A DNA stretch of 64,000 nucleotides, the filler included, from an uncultured bacterium (lineage in GTDB: Bacteria; Auribacterota; CAZIXI01): the NCBI GenBank assembly GCA_964543115.1. It is 6 parts of 6 records of this genome, joined end to end, with 100 filler letters (N's around TTAATTAATTAA, not from the genome) between each part and the next. Parts side by side here need not be neighbours in the genome. Positions count along the whole stretch, not along the records: positions 46,112 to 57,494 come from CAZIXI010000104.1; positions 57,595 to 64,000 come from CAZIXI010000200.1; 4 more parts are not named here. The stretch is one strand, 5' to 3'. Below the pieces are notes generated by a model. It saw only the letters and a list, made by a program, of their open reading frames with translations. It did no database searches and had not been told where the DNA came from. This document shows positions 50,245 through 60,500 of this stretch, piece after piece. Made by a program: the position numbers and the translations under genes. Positions within the stretch are counted from its first letter, which is position 1. Each line of letters begins with the position of its first letter.

Positions 50245-50469
50245 ATGGGTAAGCTTATCAGTGTGATTGGTGGTGGTGTGGCGTTAGTTTTGGGGTTAAT
50301 CCTCATTGTGTCCTGGTGGGATCATTTTGTGACAGTGCTTCTGGGTACAATCCCTGTGCTGTTGGTTTTTGGCGGACTGATTGCTCTTTTTCTGGGAATT
50401 AGTGAAATTAAGGACGAGATGGCAGCCAAAAAAGAGGAGAAAAAGAAACCGGAAGAGAAGAAGGAATAA
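50245..50469 (+). CDS. Small two-TM membrane protein with a Lys/Glu-rich tail
   Basis: Strong RBS GGAGGAGGT before ATG 50245; two hydrophobic helices. Confidence 0.75.
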   Translation: MGKLISVIGGGVALVLGLILIVSWWDHFVTVLLGTIPVLLVFGGLIALFLGISEIKDEMAAKKEEKKKPEEKKE

Positions 50470-50500
50470 ATAGATTAAGCAGCAGAAAATGTTTTTTGAG

Positions 50501-50536
50501 GCCTTCTGCTCTCTTGTCAGGGCAGAAGGCTTTTTT
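50501..50536 (+). terminator. Rho-independent terminator
   Basis: GCCTTCTGC...GCAGAAGGC stem followed by TTTTTT. Confidence 0.85.
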
Positions 50537-50576
50537 ATATTGATGATGAACTGCAGTTTTTGTTAATATATGCCCC

Positions 50577-51851
50577 ATGAAAATGACAATTACAGAAAAG
50601 ATACTGGCCCGCGGAGCGGGCCTGGAGAAGGTTGTTCCGGATCAGCTTGTTCTACCTCAGGTAGATCTGAGTTTAGCCAATGATATTACTGCGCCGCTGG
50701 CTATTGAAGAGCTAAAACGGAACGGGATTAAGGATTTAGCGGATCCGGATAGGATTGTGCTTGTTCCTGATCACTTTACGCCTAATAAAGATATTGCCAG
50801 TGCCGAACAATGCCGGAAACTGCGGCAGTTTGCCTTTCAGCATAATATTTCTCATTATTATGAGGTAGGGAAGGCCGGTATTGAACATGCCCTGCTTCCG
50901 GAAGAAGGTCTGGTAATTCCTGGATCGATTATTATCGGTGCCGACAGCCATACCTGTACCCATGGGGCCTTAGGTGCCTTTGCTACCGGGGTAGGCAGTA
51001 CCGATGTTGCCTTTAGCTGGATAACCGGTAAATGCTGGTTCCGGGTGCCGCAGACCATTAAAGTTGTTTTTAACGGCCGGCTGCCGGAGGGGATCGGCGG
51101 TAAGGATCTGATTATATTTCTTATTGGGCAGATCGGTGTGGATGGGGCCCTTTATAAAAGTCTGGAATTCTGCGGGACGGCGATTAGTTCCTTGCCCATG
51201 GATGAGCGGTTGAGTCTTTGTAATATGGCCATTGAGGCTGGTGGTAAGAACGGCATAATTGCCCCGGATGCTGTTAGTGCGAAATATCTGAAGGCGGTAG
51301 GTGTGCCGGAGAGCCGGTTGCCGGATTTTTCTGAGTTGCAGAGTGATCCTGATTGTGAATATGCCGCGATAAAAGAATTTGATATCAGTAAACTGGAGCC
51401 GCAGGTAGCCTTTCCGCATTTACCAAGCAATGCCCTGGGGATTGCTGAAGCGGTCAAGCGGGATGTGCCGATCGATCAGGTGATTATTGGTTCCTGTACA
51501 AACGGCCGGATTACGGATTTGCGGACAGCTGCCGCTATTTTGCGCGGCAAGAAGGTTCATGCCGGGTTACGGTTGATTGTTATTCCGGCAACCCAGAAAA
51601 TTTATGTGCAGGCCATGGAAGAGGGATTATTAAAGACATTTATTGCTGCCGGTGCGGTTGTTTCACCTCCAACCTGCGGGCCCTGTCTGGGCGGGCATAT
51701 GGGGGTGCTGGCCTCAGGTGAACGGGCATTAGCCACAACCAACAGGAATTTTGTCGGTCGAATGGGCCATTTGGAAAGTGAAGTATATTTAGCCGGGCCG
51801 GCAGTAGCCGCAGCTACGGCGATTAAGGGTAAGATTGCTGATTTCCGGTAG
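50577..51851 (+). CDS. leuC: 3-isopropylmalate dehydratase large subunit (short, homoaconitase-like type)
   Basis: PDHFTP, GADSHTCTHGALG, IGSCTNGR, CGPCLGGH, TTNRNFVGRMG. Confidence 0.93.
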   Translation: MKMTITEKILARGAGLEKVVPDQLVLPQVDLSLANDITAPLAIEELKRNGIKDLADPDRIVLVPDHFTPNKDIASAEQCRKLRQFAFQHNISHYYEVGKAGIEHALLPEEGLVIPGSIIIGADSHTCTHGALGAFATGVGSTDVAFSWITGKCWFRVPQTIKVVFNGRLPEGIGGKDLIIFLIGQIGVDGALYKSLEFCGTAISSLPMDERLSLCNMAIEAGGKNGIIAPDAVSAKYLKAVGVPESRLPDFSELQSDPDCEYAAIKEFDISKLEPQVAFPHLPSNALGIAEAVKRDVPIDQVIIGSCTNGRITDLRTAAAILRGKKVHAGLRLIVIPATQKIYVQAMEEGLLKTFIAAGAVVSPPTCGPCLGGHMGVLASGERALATTNRNFVGRMGHLESEVYLAGPAVAAATAIKGKIADFR

Positions 51852-51918
51852 TCAGGTTAAGAAGTTAAAGGCGCAGAGTGGCAGAAAAATTACTTTTTGC
51901 TCTTAGGAGTGTCAGGTT

Positions 51919-52416
51919 ATGAAGAAAATTAAAGGCAAGGTCTGGAAGTTTCGGGAAGATATTAATACCGATGAGATAATTCCGGCGCGATATCTTAACA
52001 CTACCGATATTGCTGTATTGGCCTCACATTGTATGGATGGGATTAAGCCGGGTTTCAGTAAAGAGATCTCTGCGGGTGATATTATAGTTGCCGGAAAGAA
52101 CTATGGCTGTGGTTCCAGCCGGGAGCATGCCCCGGTTTGCATTAAGGCTGCCGGGATCAGTTGCGTGATCGCGGCGAGTTTTGCCAGGATTTTTTACCGT
52201 AATAGTTTTAATATCGGCCTGCCTATTTTTGAGATTGCTGAAGCGGGAGAAATCAATGAGGGCGATCAGCTGGAGGTTAACCCTGATCAGGGTGAAATAA
52301 AGAATCTCACTAAAAATAATACATATAAGGTAATCCCAATCCCCGAATTTATGCAGGAGTTAATAAATTGCGGCGGGTTGATGGCCTATGCGAAAAAAAT
52401 ATTGAGTGCTAAGTAA
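51919..52416 (+). CDS. leuD: 3-isopropylmalate dehydratase small subunit
   Basis: [31 protein letters not shown]. Confidence 0.94.
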   Translation: MKKIKGKVWKFREDINTDEIIPARYLNTTDIAVLASHCMDGIKPGFSKEISAGDIIVAGKNYGCGSSREHAPVCIKAAGISCVIAASFARIFYRNSFNIGLPIFEIAEAGEINEGDQLEVNPDQGEIKNLTKNNTYKVIPIPEFMQELINCGGLMAYAKKILSAK

Positions 52417-52447
52417 GGAGTATATTCTAAAACCTGGAGGATGATTT

Positions 52448-53506
52448 ATGGCAGAAAAAAACTATGATATCGCGGTAATTCCCGGTGACGGTACCGGTCC
52501 GGAAGTAATTAGGGAAGGGGTGAAAGTATTAAAAAGTGCCGGCAGCAAATACGGGTTTAAGCTGGATTTTCATTATTACGATTTTGGCGGGGATCGCTAT
52601 CTGCGCACCAATGAAGTTTTACCGGCAGGGGCGGCAGAGGAATTGAAGGAGCATGATGCCATTTATTTAGGAGCTATCGGTCATCCTGAGGTCAAGCCGG
52701 GGATCCTGGAGCAGGGTATCCTGCTTAAATTAAGGTTTTCTTTGGATCAATACATTAATTTGCGTCCGGTGAAGTTGTATTCGGAAAAATTTTGTCCCTT
52801 AAGGGATAAAGGGCCGAAAGAGGTGGATTTTGTGGTTGTCAGGGAGAATACCGAGAGCCTCTATGTGGGGAACGGCGGGTTTTTTAAGAAAAATACCGCG
52901 GATGAAATTGCCCTGCAGGATATGATTTGTACAAGAAAGGGAGTAGAGCGGTGTATTCGCTATGGTTTCAAGCTGGCCCAGAAAAGGCCGAGGAAACAGG
53001 TTACACTTTGCGGTAAAACTAATGTGCTGACCTATGGCTGGGACCTCTGGGAGAGGACATTTAATGAGGTGGCCAAAGAGTTTAGCGATGTTAAGACTGA
53101 CTATGCCCATGTGGATGCCACTTGTATGTGGATGGTCAAGAATCCCGAATGGTTTGATGTGATTATTACCGATAACATGTTTGGCGATATTATTACCGAT
53201 TTGGGGGCAATAATTCAGGGTGGGATGGGGATTGCCGCCGGCGGAAACATCAATCCCGAAGGGGTGAGCATGTTTGAACCGATCGGCGGTTCAGCGCCAA
53301 AGTATACCGGGCAGAATGTGATTAATCCGCTAGCCTGTATTTGTGCCGGGCAAATGTTATTAGAGGAAATCGGTGAAACAAGAGCCGCGGCGAAAATTGA
53401 AGAGACGGTCATTAAGGTTGTTAACAAAAAATTAAAAACCTTAGGTGCCGGGAAAATGGGCTATTCAACAAGTGAAGTAGGGGATTTGATTGCGGAGAGT
53501 CTCTAA
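52448..53506 (+). CDS. leuB: 3-isopropylmalate dehydrogenase
   Basis: [43 protein letters not shown]; follows leuCD. Confidence 0.9.
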   Translation: MAEKNYDIAVIPGDGTGPEVIREGVKVLKSAGSKYGFKLDFHYYDFGGDRYLRTNEVLPAGAAEELKEHDAIYLGAIGHPEVKPGILEQGILLKLRFSLDQYINLRPVKLYSEKFCPLRDKGPKEVDFVVVRENTESLYVGNGGFFKKNTADEIALQDMICTRKGVERCIRYGFKLAQKRPRKQVTLCGKTNVLTYGWDLWERTFNEVAKEFSDVKTDYAHVDATCMWMVKNPEWFDVIITDNMFGDIITDLGAIIQGGMGIAAGGNINPEGVSMFEPIGGSAPKYTGQNVINPLACICAGQMLLEEIGETRAAAKIEETVIKVVNKKLKTLGAGKMGYSTSEVGDLIAESL

Positions 53507-53572
53507 GATACTGCCTTTTTAAAAAAGAAAGAAAAGCGTTATTAGGGCTATTTATAATTCGGAGGGAAATTT

Positions 53573-54577
53573 ATGTCAAAACAATACAAAGTAGCGGTTG
53601 TCGGGGCGACCGGGGTTGTCGGCCGGGAGATGATGAATATTCTTGAGCAGCGTAATTTTCCTGTGGCTATGTTACGGCCGCTGGCTTCGGAACGGTCGAA
53701 GGGGCTAAAGGCAAAATTTAAGGGAGAAGATATCCCGGTAGAAGTTTTAAACAAGGATGCCTTTAAAGGGATAGAGATTGTGCTGTCCAGCCCGGGGGCG
53801 AAAGTGAGTAGGGAGTTCAGTCCGCATGCCGTTAAGGCCGGAGCGGTAGTGATAGATAATACCAGCGCCTTTCGGATGGATCCGGAAGTGCCCCTGGTTG
53901 TGCCGGAAGTAAACCCGGAAGATGCTAAAAAGCATAAGGGTATTATTGCTAATCCGAATTGTTCCACCATTCAGATGGTTGTCGCTTTGAAGCCTATTCA
54001 TGATGCCGCTAAAATTAAGCGTGTTATTGTAAGCACATACCAGTCAGTTTCCGGGGCGGGTAAGAAGGCGATTGATGCCCTGGAAAAAGAGGTGGGGGCG
54101 GCAATTAATTTAGTGAAGAAAGAAAGCAGCGGTGTTTTTCCGCATCCGATAGCCTTCAATCTTATTCCCCACATAGATGTTTTTCTGGATAATTTTTATA
54201 CCAAAGAAGAGATGAAGATGGTGCTGGAAACCAGGAAGATTATGGGTGTGCCCGATATGAGGGTTACCGCTACCTGTGTGCGGGTGCCGGTATTTATCAG
54301 TCATTCTGAATCCGTGGCGGTGGAAACGGAAAATAAACTTTCCCGTAAAGAAGCAATGGCGTTACTGGCGAAATCACCCGGCATCAAGGTGCTTGATGAT
54401 GTCAGTAAGAATGAATATCCCGTTCCGGTAATGGCTGCCGGTAAAGATGAGGTTTTTGTCGGCCGGATCCGAGAGGATGAAAGTGTTGATAATGGTCTCA
54501 ATCTTTGGGTAGTCAGTGACAACCTGCGTAAGGGTGCCGCCCTTAATGCCGTCCAGATCGCGGAGTTGTTGATTTAG
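53573..54577 (+). CDS. asd: Aspartate-semialdehyde dehydrogenase
   Basis: VGATGVVG, VPLVVPEVN, IIANPNCSTIQ, TCVRVPV, DNLRKGAALNAVQIAE. Confidence 0.97.
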   Translation: MSKQYKVAVVGATGVVGREMMNILEQRNFPVAMLRPLASERSKGLKAKFKGEDIPVEVLNKDAFKGIEIVLSSPGAKVSREFSPHAVKAGAVVIDNTSAFRMDPEVPLVVPEVNPEDAKKHKGIIANPNCSTIQMVVALKPIHDAAKIKRVIVSTYQSVSGAGKKAIDALEKEVGAAINLVKKESSGVFPHPIAFNLIPHIDVFLDNFYTKEEMKMVLETRKIMGVPDMRVTATCVRVPVFISHSESVAVETENKLSRKEAMALLAKSPGIKVLDDVSKNEYPVPVMAAGKDEVFVGRIREDESVDNGLNLWVVSDNLRKGAALNAVQIAELLI

Positions 54578-54578
54578 T

Positions 54579-55316
54579 ATGCGGAACTTTAAGTTACTAC
54601 TAGAATACGACGGAACCAGCTATTTTGGCTGGCAGGTTCAGCGGAATTCCAAAAAACATCCGACTGTTCAGGGAGCGCTGGAAAAGGCGATAGCGGAATT
54701 GTTTGGCAGCCCCCTCCGGGTTGCCGGTGCCGGCCGCACCGATACGGGAGTGCATGCCCTCGGCCAGGTAGCCGCGTTTCAGGTGGAAACCAGAATTTCC
54801 GTAGAGAAAATTCGCCAGGCCTTAAACAGATATTTGCCTCAGGATATCCTGATTACTGATGTAGCAGAAGTGCCGCTGGAATTTCATCCCCGTTTTAACG
54901 CCTTGAAGAAGCGTTACCGCTATGTTATTTATAACGGTATTTACCCGTCAGTTTTTTACCGCCGTTATGTAGATCACTGTTCTTATGCCCTGGATTTGGA
55001 CTTAATGAATGAGGCGGCGCGGATATTAGAGGGAGAACATGATTTTTCACATCTGGTAGATGAAAAAGAACAGAACAAGGTTAGAATCGTCTATAAGATA
55101 GAAATTGAGTCCCGTAAAAATATAATTCATGTAGATGTTACAGGTAACGGTTTTTTGTACAAAATGGTGCGGAGAATGGTGGGCCTATTAATCGATGTGG
55201 CCAGGAAAAAAATAAAGCTTGAGGATGTAGAGAAGATACTGCAGGGCAAATACAATGGAACCAGAGTAGTAACTGCCCCCGCCCAGGGCCTCACCTTAAT
55301 GGAAGTTGAATACTAG
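54579..55316 (+). CDS. truA: tRNA pseudouridine(38-40) synthase
   Basis: YDGTSYFGWQ, GAGRTDTGVHA, GNGFLYKMVR, TAPAQGL. Confidence 0.96.
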   Translation: MRNFKLLLEYDGTSYFGWQVQRNSKKHPTVQGALEKAIAELFGSPLRVAGAGRTDTGVHALGQVAAFQVETRISVEKIRQALNRYLPQDILITDVAEVPLEFHPRFNALKKRYRYVIYNGIYPSVFYRRYVDHCSYALDLDLMNEAARILEGEHDFSHLVDEKEQNKVRIVYKIEIESRKNIIHVDVTGNGFLYKMVRRMVGLLIDVARKKIKLEDVEKILQGKYNGTRVVTAPAQGLTLMEVEY

Positions 55317-55353
55317 TCGCTAGTCGCTAGTCGCTAGTCGCTAGTCGCTAGTC
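55313..55353 (+). repeat. Perfect heptamer tandem repeat (CTAGTCG) x5.9
   Basis: Counted directly; the first unit contains the truA stop codon. Confidence 0.95.
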
Positions 55354-55372
55354 CTTCGTCTCTCGTATCTCG

Positions 55373-55402
55373 CCTGCCCGCCGAAGCCTTGGCGAAGGCG
55401 GG
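55373..55402. repeat. REP-like GC-rich palindromic element (CCTGCCCGCCGAAGCCTTGGCGAAGGCGGG)
   Basis: CCCGCC/GGCGGG outer stem with an inner GCC-TT-GGC hairpin. It resembles dispersed REP-type hairpins and could also serve as the truA terminator. Confidence 0.6.
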
Positions 55403-55501
55403 TCTTTCGTAATGTGTCTCACTAGTGACAAATTGGCTCTTCATTTTACCTTCCCCTGTTCCTATGTCTTTTAATGCCAGCATATTACGATTTAATAAAT
55501 G

Positions 55502-55518
55502 TTGGCATTATACTTGCT
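55502..55518 (+). promoter_or_regulatory. Sigma54 (-24/-12) promoter upstream of dnaK
   Basis: TTGGCATTATACTTGCT gives GG-N10-GC with TGGCA and TTGC boxes; a TGT-N10-ACA site lies at 55415-55430. Confidence 0.7.
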
Positions 55519-55579
55519 CTTTGTTGAGGTGTAGGGTTATGCTCAGTGAGGTAAATATAACGTTTAAGAGGAGGGAATT

Positions 55580-57494
55580 ATGAGTGAGGAAAAAAAGGTA
55601 AGAAAGGGAAAGGTGATCGGTATTGATTTGGGAACCACTAATTCCTGTGTGGCGGTGTTGGAGGGTGGTGAGCCAACGGTTATTGCCAACAGTGAAGGCG
55701 GACGGGTTACTCCGTCTGTAGTTGCTTTTACAAAAAGTGGTGAACGCCTGGTTGGCACGCCGGCAAAAAGGCAGGCGGTAACCAATCCGGAGAATACGGT
55801 ATTTTCTATTAAAAGATTTATGGGCCGGCACCATAGCGAGGTTTCTTCGGAAGAGAAAATAGTGCCTTTTAAAGTTGATGAGGACAGTAAGGGAAATGTT
55901 GTGGTTAAGGCCGGAGGAAAGGAATATACTCCGCCGGAAATATCCGCGATGGTTCTGCAGAAAATGAGGCAGACTGCCGAGGAGTATCTCGGCCATCCGG
56001 TTAAGGATGCGGTTGTCACCGTTCCCGCCTATTTTAATGACAGCCAGCGGCAGGCGACGAAAGATGCCGGGCGGATCGCCGGGTTGAATGTTTTAAGGAT
56101 CATTAATGAGCCCACGGCAGCCAGTCTGGCTTATGGTCTGGATAAGAAGAAAGACGAGAAGATTGCCGTTTATGATTTTGGCGGCGGTACCTTTGATGTT
56201 TCTATCCTGGAAATCGGAGAAGGGGTATTTGAGGTTAAGTCCACAAACGGTAATACGCATCTTGGCGGAGATGATCTTGATCAGCGGGTTATCGATTATC
56301 TGGCTGATTCATTCAAAAAGGATCAGGGGATAGATTTACGTAAGGACCGGATGGCCCTGCAGCGTTTGAAAGAGGCAGCGGAAAAGGCTAAATGTGAATT
56401 GTCCAGCACCATGGAGACGGAGATTAATCTGCCCTTCATTACTGCTGACAGCAGTGGTCCAAAGCATTTAACAATGAAGCTGACCAGGGCCAAGCTCGAA
56501 CAGTTGGTGGGTGATTTGATTGAATCAACCCGCGGGCCGGTAGAACAGGCCCTGAAAGATGCCAAGTTAAAGGCCGGCGATATTGATGAAGTTATTCTGG
56601 TCGGCGGTCAGATCAGGATGCCCATGATTCAGCAGCTGGTTAAGGATGTTTTTGGGAAGGAACCGCATAGGGGAGTTAATCCTGATGAGGTAGTGGCTAT
56701 TGGCGCCGCTATCCAGGGTGGTGTTCTTGGCGGAGAGATTAAGGATGTGTTGCTATTAGACGTAACTCCGCTTTCATTAGGGATTGAGACGTTAGGTAGT
56801 GTATTTACCAGATTGATTGAACGTAATACAACCATTCCCACAAAGAAGAGTCAGATATTTTCTACCGCCGCGGATAGCCAGCCGGCGGTAAGTATTCATG
56901 TCTTACAGGGAGAGCGGCAGATGGCCAACGATAACCGCACCCTGGGAAGATTTGATCTGGTGGGAATTCCGGCGGCGCCGCGCGGTGTTCCGCAGATTGA
57001 GGTTGCTTTTGATATTGACGCCTTCGGCATTGTTCACGTTTCAGCAAAGGATCTGGGTTCTGGGAAAGAGCAGAAGATAAAGATCGAGGTTTCCAGCGGC
57101 TTGTCGGAAGACGAGATCGATAAAATGGTTAAAGATGCCGAAGCTCATGCGAGTGACGATAAGCAGAAAAAAGAGGAAGTAGAGGTGAGGAACCAGGCGG
57201 ATACCTTGATTTACACAACCGAGAAGACGCTGAAGGAGCATGGGGACAAGGTGAGTAAGGAAGAAAAGGAAAAGGTGGAACAGGCAGTTGCCAAGTTGAA
57301 AGAATTGGCCAAGGATGGATCGGTTGAGGATATCAAGAAGGCAATGGAAGCGGTAACCACAGCTTCACACAAGATTGCTGAGGAGATGTATAAAGAGGCT
57401 AGTAAGGCGAAACAAGCCGGGCCTGGTGCTGGTGCTGGTCCTGCTTCTGCTTCTGGTCCGCAGCCGGAACAACCACAGGCAGAGTCGAAACAGG
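55580..57494 (+). CDS. dnaK: Chaperone DnaK (extreme C-terminus cut by contig end)
   Basis: [48 protein letters not shown]. Confidence 0.98.
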
Positions 57495-57594
57495 NNNNNN
57501 NNNNNNNNNNNNNNNNNNNNNNNNNNNNNNNNNNNNNNTTAATTAATTAANNNNNNNNNNNNNNNNNNNNNNNNNNNNNNNNNNNNNNNNNNNN
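57495..57594. other. Artificial contig linker
   Basis: 100-nt N/TTAATTAATTAA linker. Confidence 0.99.
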
Positions 57595-60500
57595 TACGAT
57601 AAACAAAATCCCCGGCACGATAACTGCGGCCATTCACGGTAATTGGTGCGTCGGCAATATAGCCGTCAAATTCTTTTTCCAGGCGACCCTTGTTGTCCCT
57701 GATCTCTATCTTGCTGACCTTGGTTATAAGATTGGTATTCAGTATCTCTACATTACCCGCATAACTTTCGGCGTCATTAAAATCATCAAAACAGCCTTCA
57801 GCCAACCGCGACACGGACAGCGGCAAATGCTCGTCATTATATACATAATAGGTTCTTGACTCGCTGGCCACCCCCAGATACCCGGCAACACCGGCAAAGG
57901 TGTTCTCCGTATCCGTCCAGGGCTGGAACTCTCCGTCCACCAGCTCACCATCATAGGTATGCAATGTCCTGCCGTACTTATCTTTGAGTATCTGTTGAAC
58001 AACATGGGTCTTTTTATTGATTGTCTGCAGCAGTACTTCACCCTGATCATTAACACTAATGGCGCGCGAAGTTGAAATATGTTCTCCTTTTTTATCCGTT
58101 TCTGTGGAATCATATAAATATGTTTCCGCCCGCGAGGCAATTTCTTTGGCGCGCATTCGCCTGTCTTCATAGAAATATTCTGTAACCGTCTCACCGATAA
58201 AATCTCCATCCTGTAGATATCCATCATAACGCGCCAATACCCGCCCATCTCTATCCCTAATTTCTTGCCAAACAAGCCCTGTTTTTAGGTTTTTAAACTC
58301 CACTTTCATTCTCCCCCGGCTATCAAGATAGCGTCCATTATCCCACAGCCGAAGATTTGCTTCCATAACCGGCACATTTGTGGTCTCCCAGATAATGGAA
58401 CCATCAGGCTGCCGTTGGCCGACACTCACACTAACAACACTACGAACGGCAACCTCACTGACCAGTGAAAGGAATTCTTTATTTCTTGTTACAACCTTTA
58501 CGACCTCATTACCGTTATTAATCAGTTCTTCCTTTTCTATTGTCTGGCCGCGCAGGTTTACCCATTCTACCCAATTGCGTCCGGTTTGATAATCACGCAC
58601 CTCTACCCCCACCAGGCGCTGCCAGTGGCCGTACTCATCAAGATGCGAACGCAGACGTGGGCTGCCGTTTTCATCAGCAATAAAACTCCGCCGTACCCGG
58701 TTATCATCTTCATCATAAGTCTCACTTTCCACGGCAAAATTCGTACCCGCGGCAAACACGGTATTTTCCATTCTCAGCCGGCCGTCCCTTTTCTCTCTCG
58801 TTAACAGCCGGCCGCGCACATTATATACCTCATCGTATTTCTCTCCTGTTAATAAATCTTCAGAAGTTATGTACATCTGTTTGTGGTCCCGATCAAAATG
58901 ACCATAATTGTAGCGTAAAGGATTGTTGCTCCGGTCAGTAATCAGCGACTTTGTTATTCCGTCTGTTAATCCCGGCTCGCGTTCCAATACCCAGGTGCGC
59001 ACACCCGATTGCTCCCTCATCACTAGATTTCCCTCCAGGTCCCGGTATTCCATATAAGTATCATTCAGATAATGATCGGTAACCATATGCGCAATACACC
59101 TGATGGTTTCTCCCGCAATTCCACCATAGGCGGGACGCCGCAACTGATATAACTTCGGCACATTGCTGCGGTAATCCCGCATCATTCTGGTTACCTGACG
59201 CTGCACCGCCCGCCCGTCTCTGATCAGCCGGCTGTCGGTGGCCAGCGGGAAATTCGCACCCAGAAAATGATCAATCATGAAGGTCATTTCAACCCCTCCC
59301 GCGTCATACATCCTCTGCATATCCAGCTCCCCGTCTTCCTTGGTGGGCAGCATACCGCGGATTTCAAACATCCTTTTATTATCATTATCATAAAAAATGT
59401 TGCGGTATTCACCGGAATTCTGATTAAACTCTTCGTACCAGTGAAACGGCAAATTTCCACTGTAGCTGTTAAATGACAGCACCTCGTCTTCGCTTACTGC
59501 TCCCCGATAGACGGCAACAATATCCTCCGCGCCCGGCTCACTGGTAACAATTCTCTGCGCCCGCACAGAGTCCGCTGAATCATACTCATAGCTAATTGTC
59601 TTCTTCCCCCGCTCTTCCCTTACCGGCCGGTCCGGCCAGCCCGGGGTCACACTCATTGTATAGGTATCACCATTAACCAGCGGAGTTACTTTTACGGCAA
59701 TATTTCCTTCACTATCGGTACGTACAACCAGATTATCTTCTTCATCCATGTACTGCTCAGGTTTGTAATCGAAAATCGGTATACCCCGCTCATTATACAT
59801 TCGTGCCGGGGAATCATATTCCAATCTGTATCTCACCACCCGCCGGCGCACATGAAAATTTGTGGATTGCAGGTGCCGCGGAAGCACATGGGCAAGCGCT
59901 TCTTCTTTCAGGATCCAGCGGCCGAGTATATCTCCGGGGATAAAATATTCATAACGCAGTCGGCTGTTATGATAATCAATTATCCGGCGGCGCTGAAGTA
60001 CTGGCTCTTCCCCGACTAATTGCGGCCGGTATTCCTCCGGAATATGTTCCATAAACTCTTTATAATAATCAACACTCGCGGGGATCCGCTCAATAATTGT
60101 TTCTTCCAATATCTCTTCTAACTGATAGGCATTATCCTCGCCCGCAACAGCACTCAATGAATAGCGCCGCGCACCCGTCTGCTGCTCACTGCCCCCGGCA
60201 TAACGCAGTTCCAACACCCGGGATTTTTCCTTATCCAGCTGATACCGTTCCCGGCCCAGCGGCGTGGATTCACAGTAGGCGTAATAAGCAACTCCGGCAC
60301 CGCCGCGTGGGTTCACTTCCACTTCGGCATATTTCCTGCCGTCAATGGTCACCTCTTCACCGGTAACCTTTCTCTCATAGAGTATGCGGCCGTCCCAATC
60401 AACAGCAATGGTATTGGCAATTCCCGCGGAATCTTCTGCCAATTTAACATTGGCAAACATCTGCGGTTCCCGGCCCACGACTGAATCAATCACCACCAAT

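Noticed and set aside
50470..50576. Leucine attenuator upstream of leuC
   Set aside because: There is no Leu-rich leader peptide or T-box; the hairpin is best explained as the terminator of the upstream small gene.
55313..55402. Possible CRISPR array
   Set aside because: The units are 7 nt with no spacers, and no cas genes are present.
11456..57594. Repeated TTAATTAATTAA palindrome within N-runs, and ORFs ending in ...XXXLIN
   Set aside because: These are artificial six-frame-stop contig linkers, not biology.
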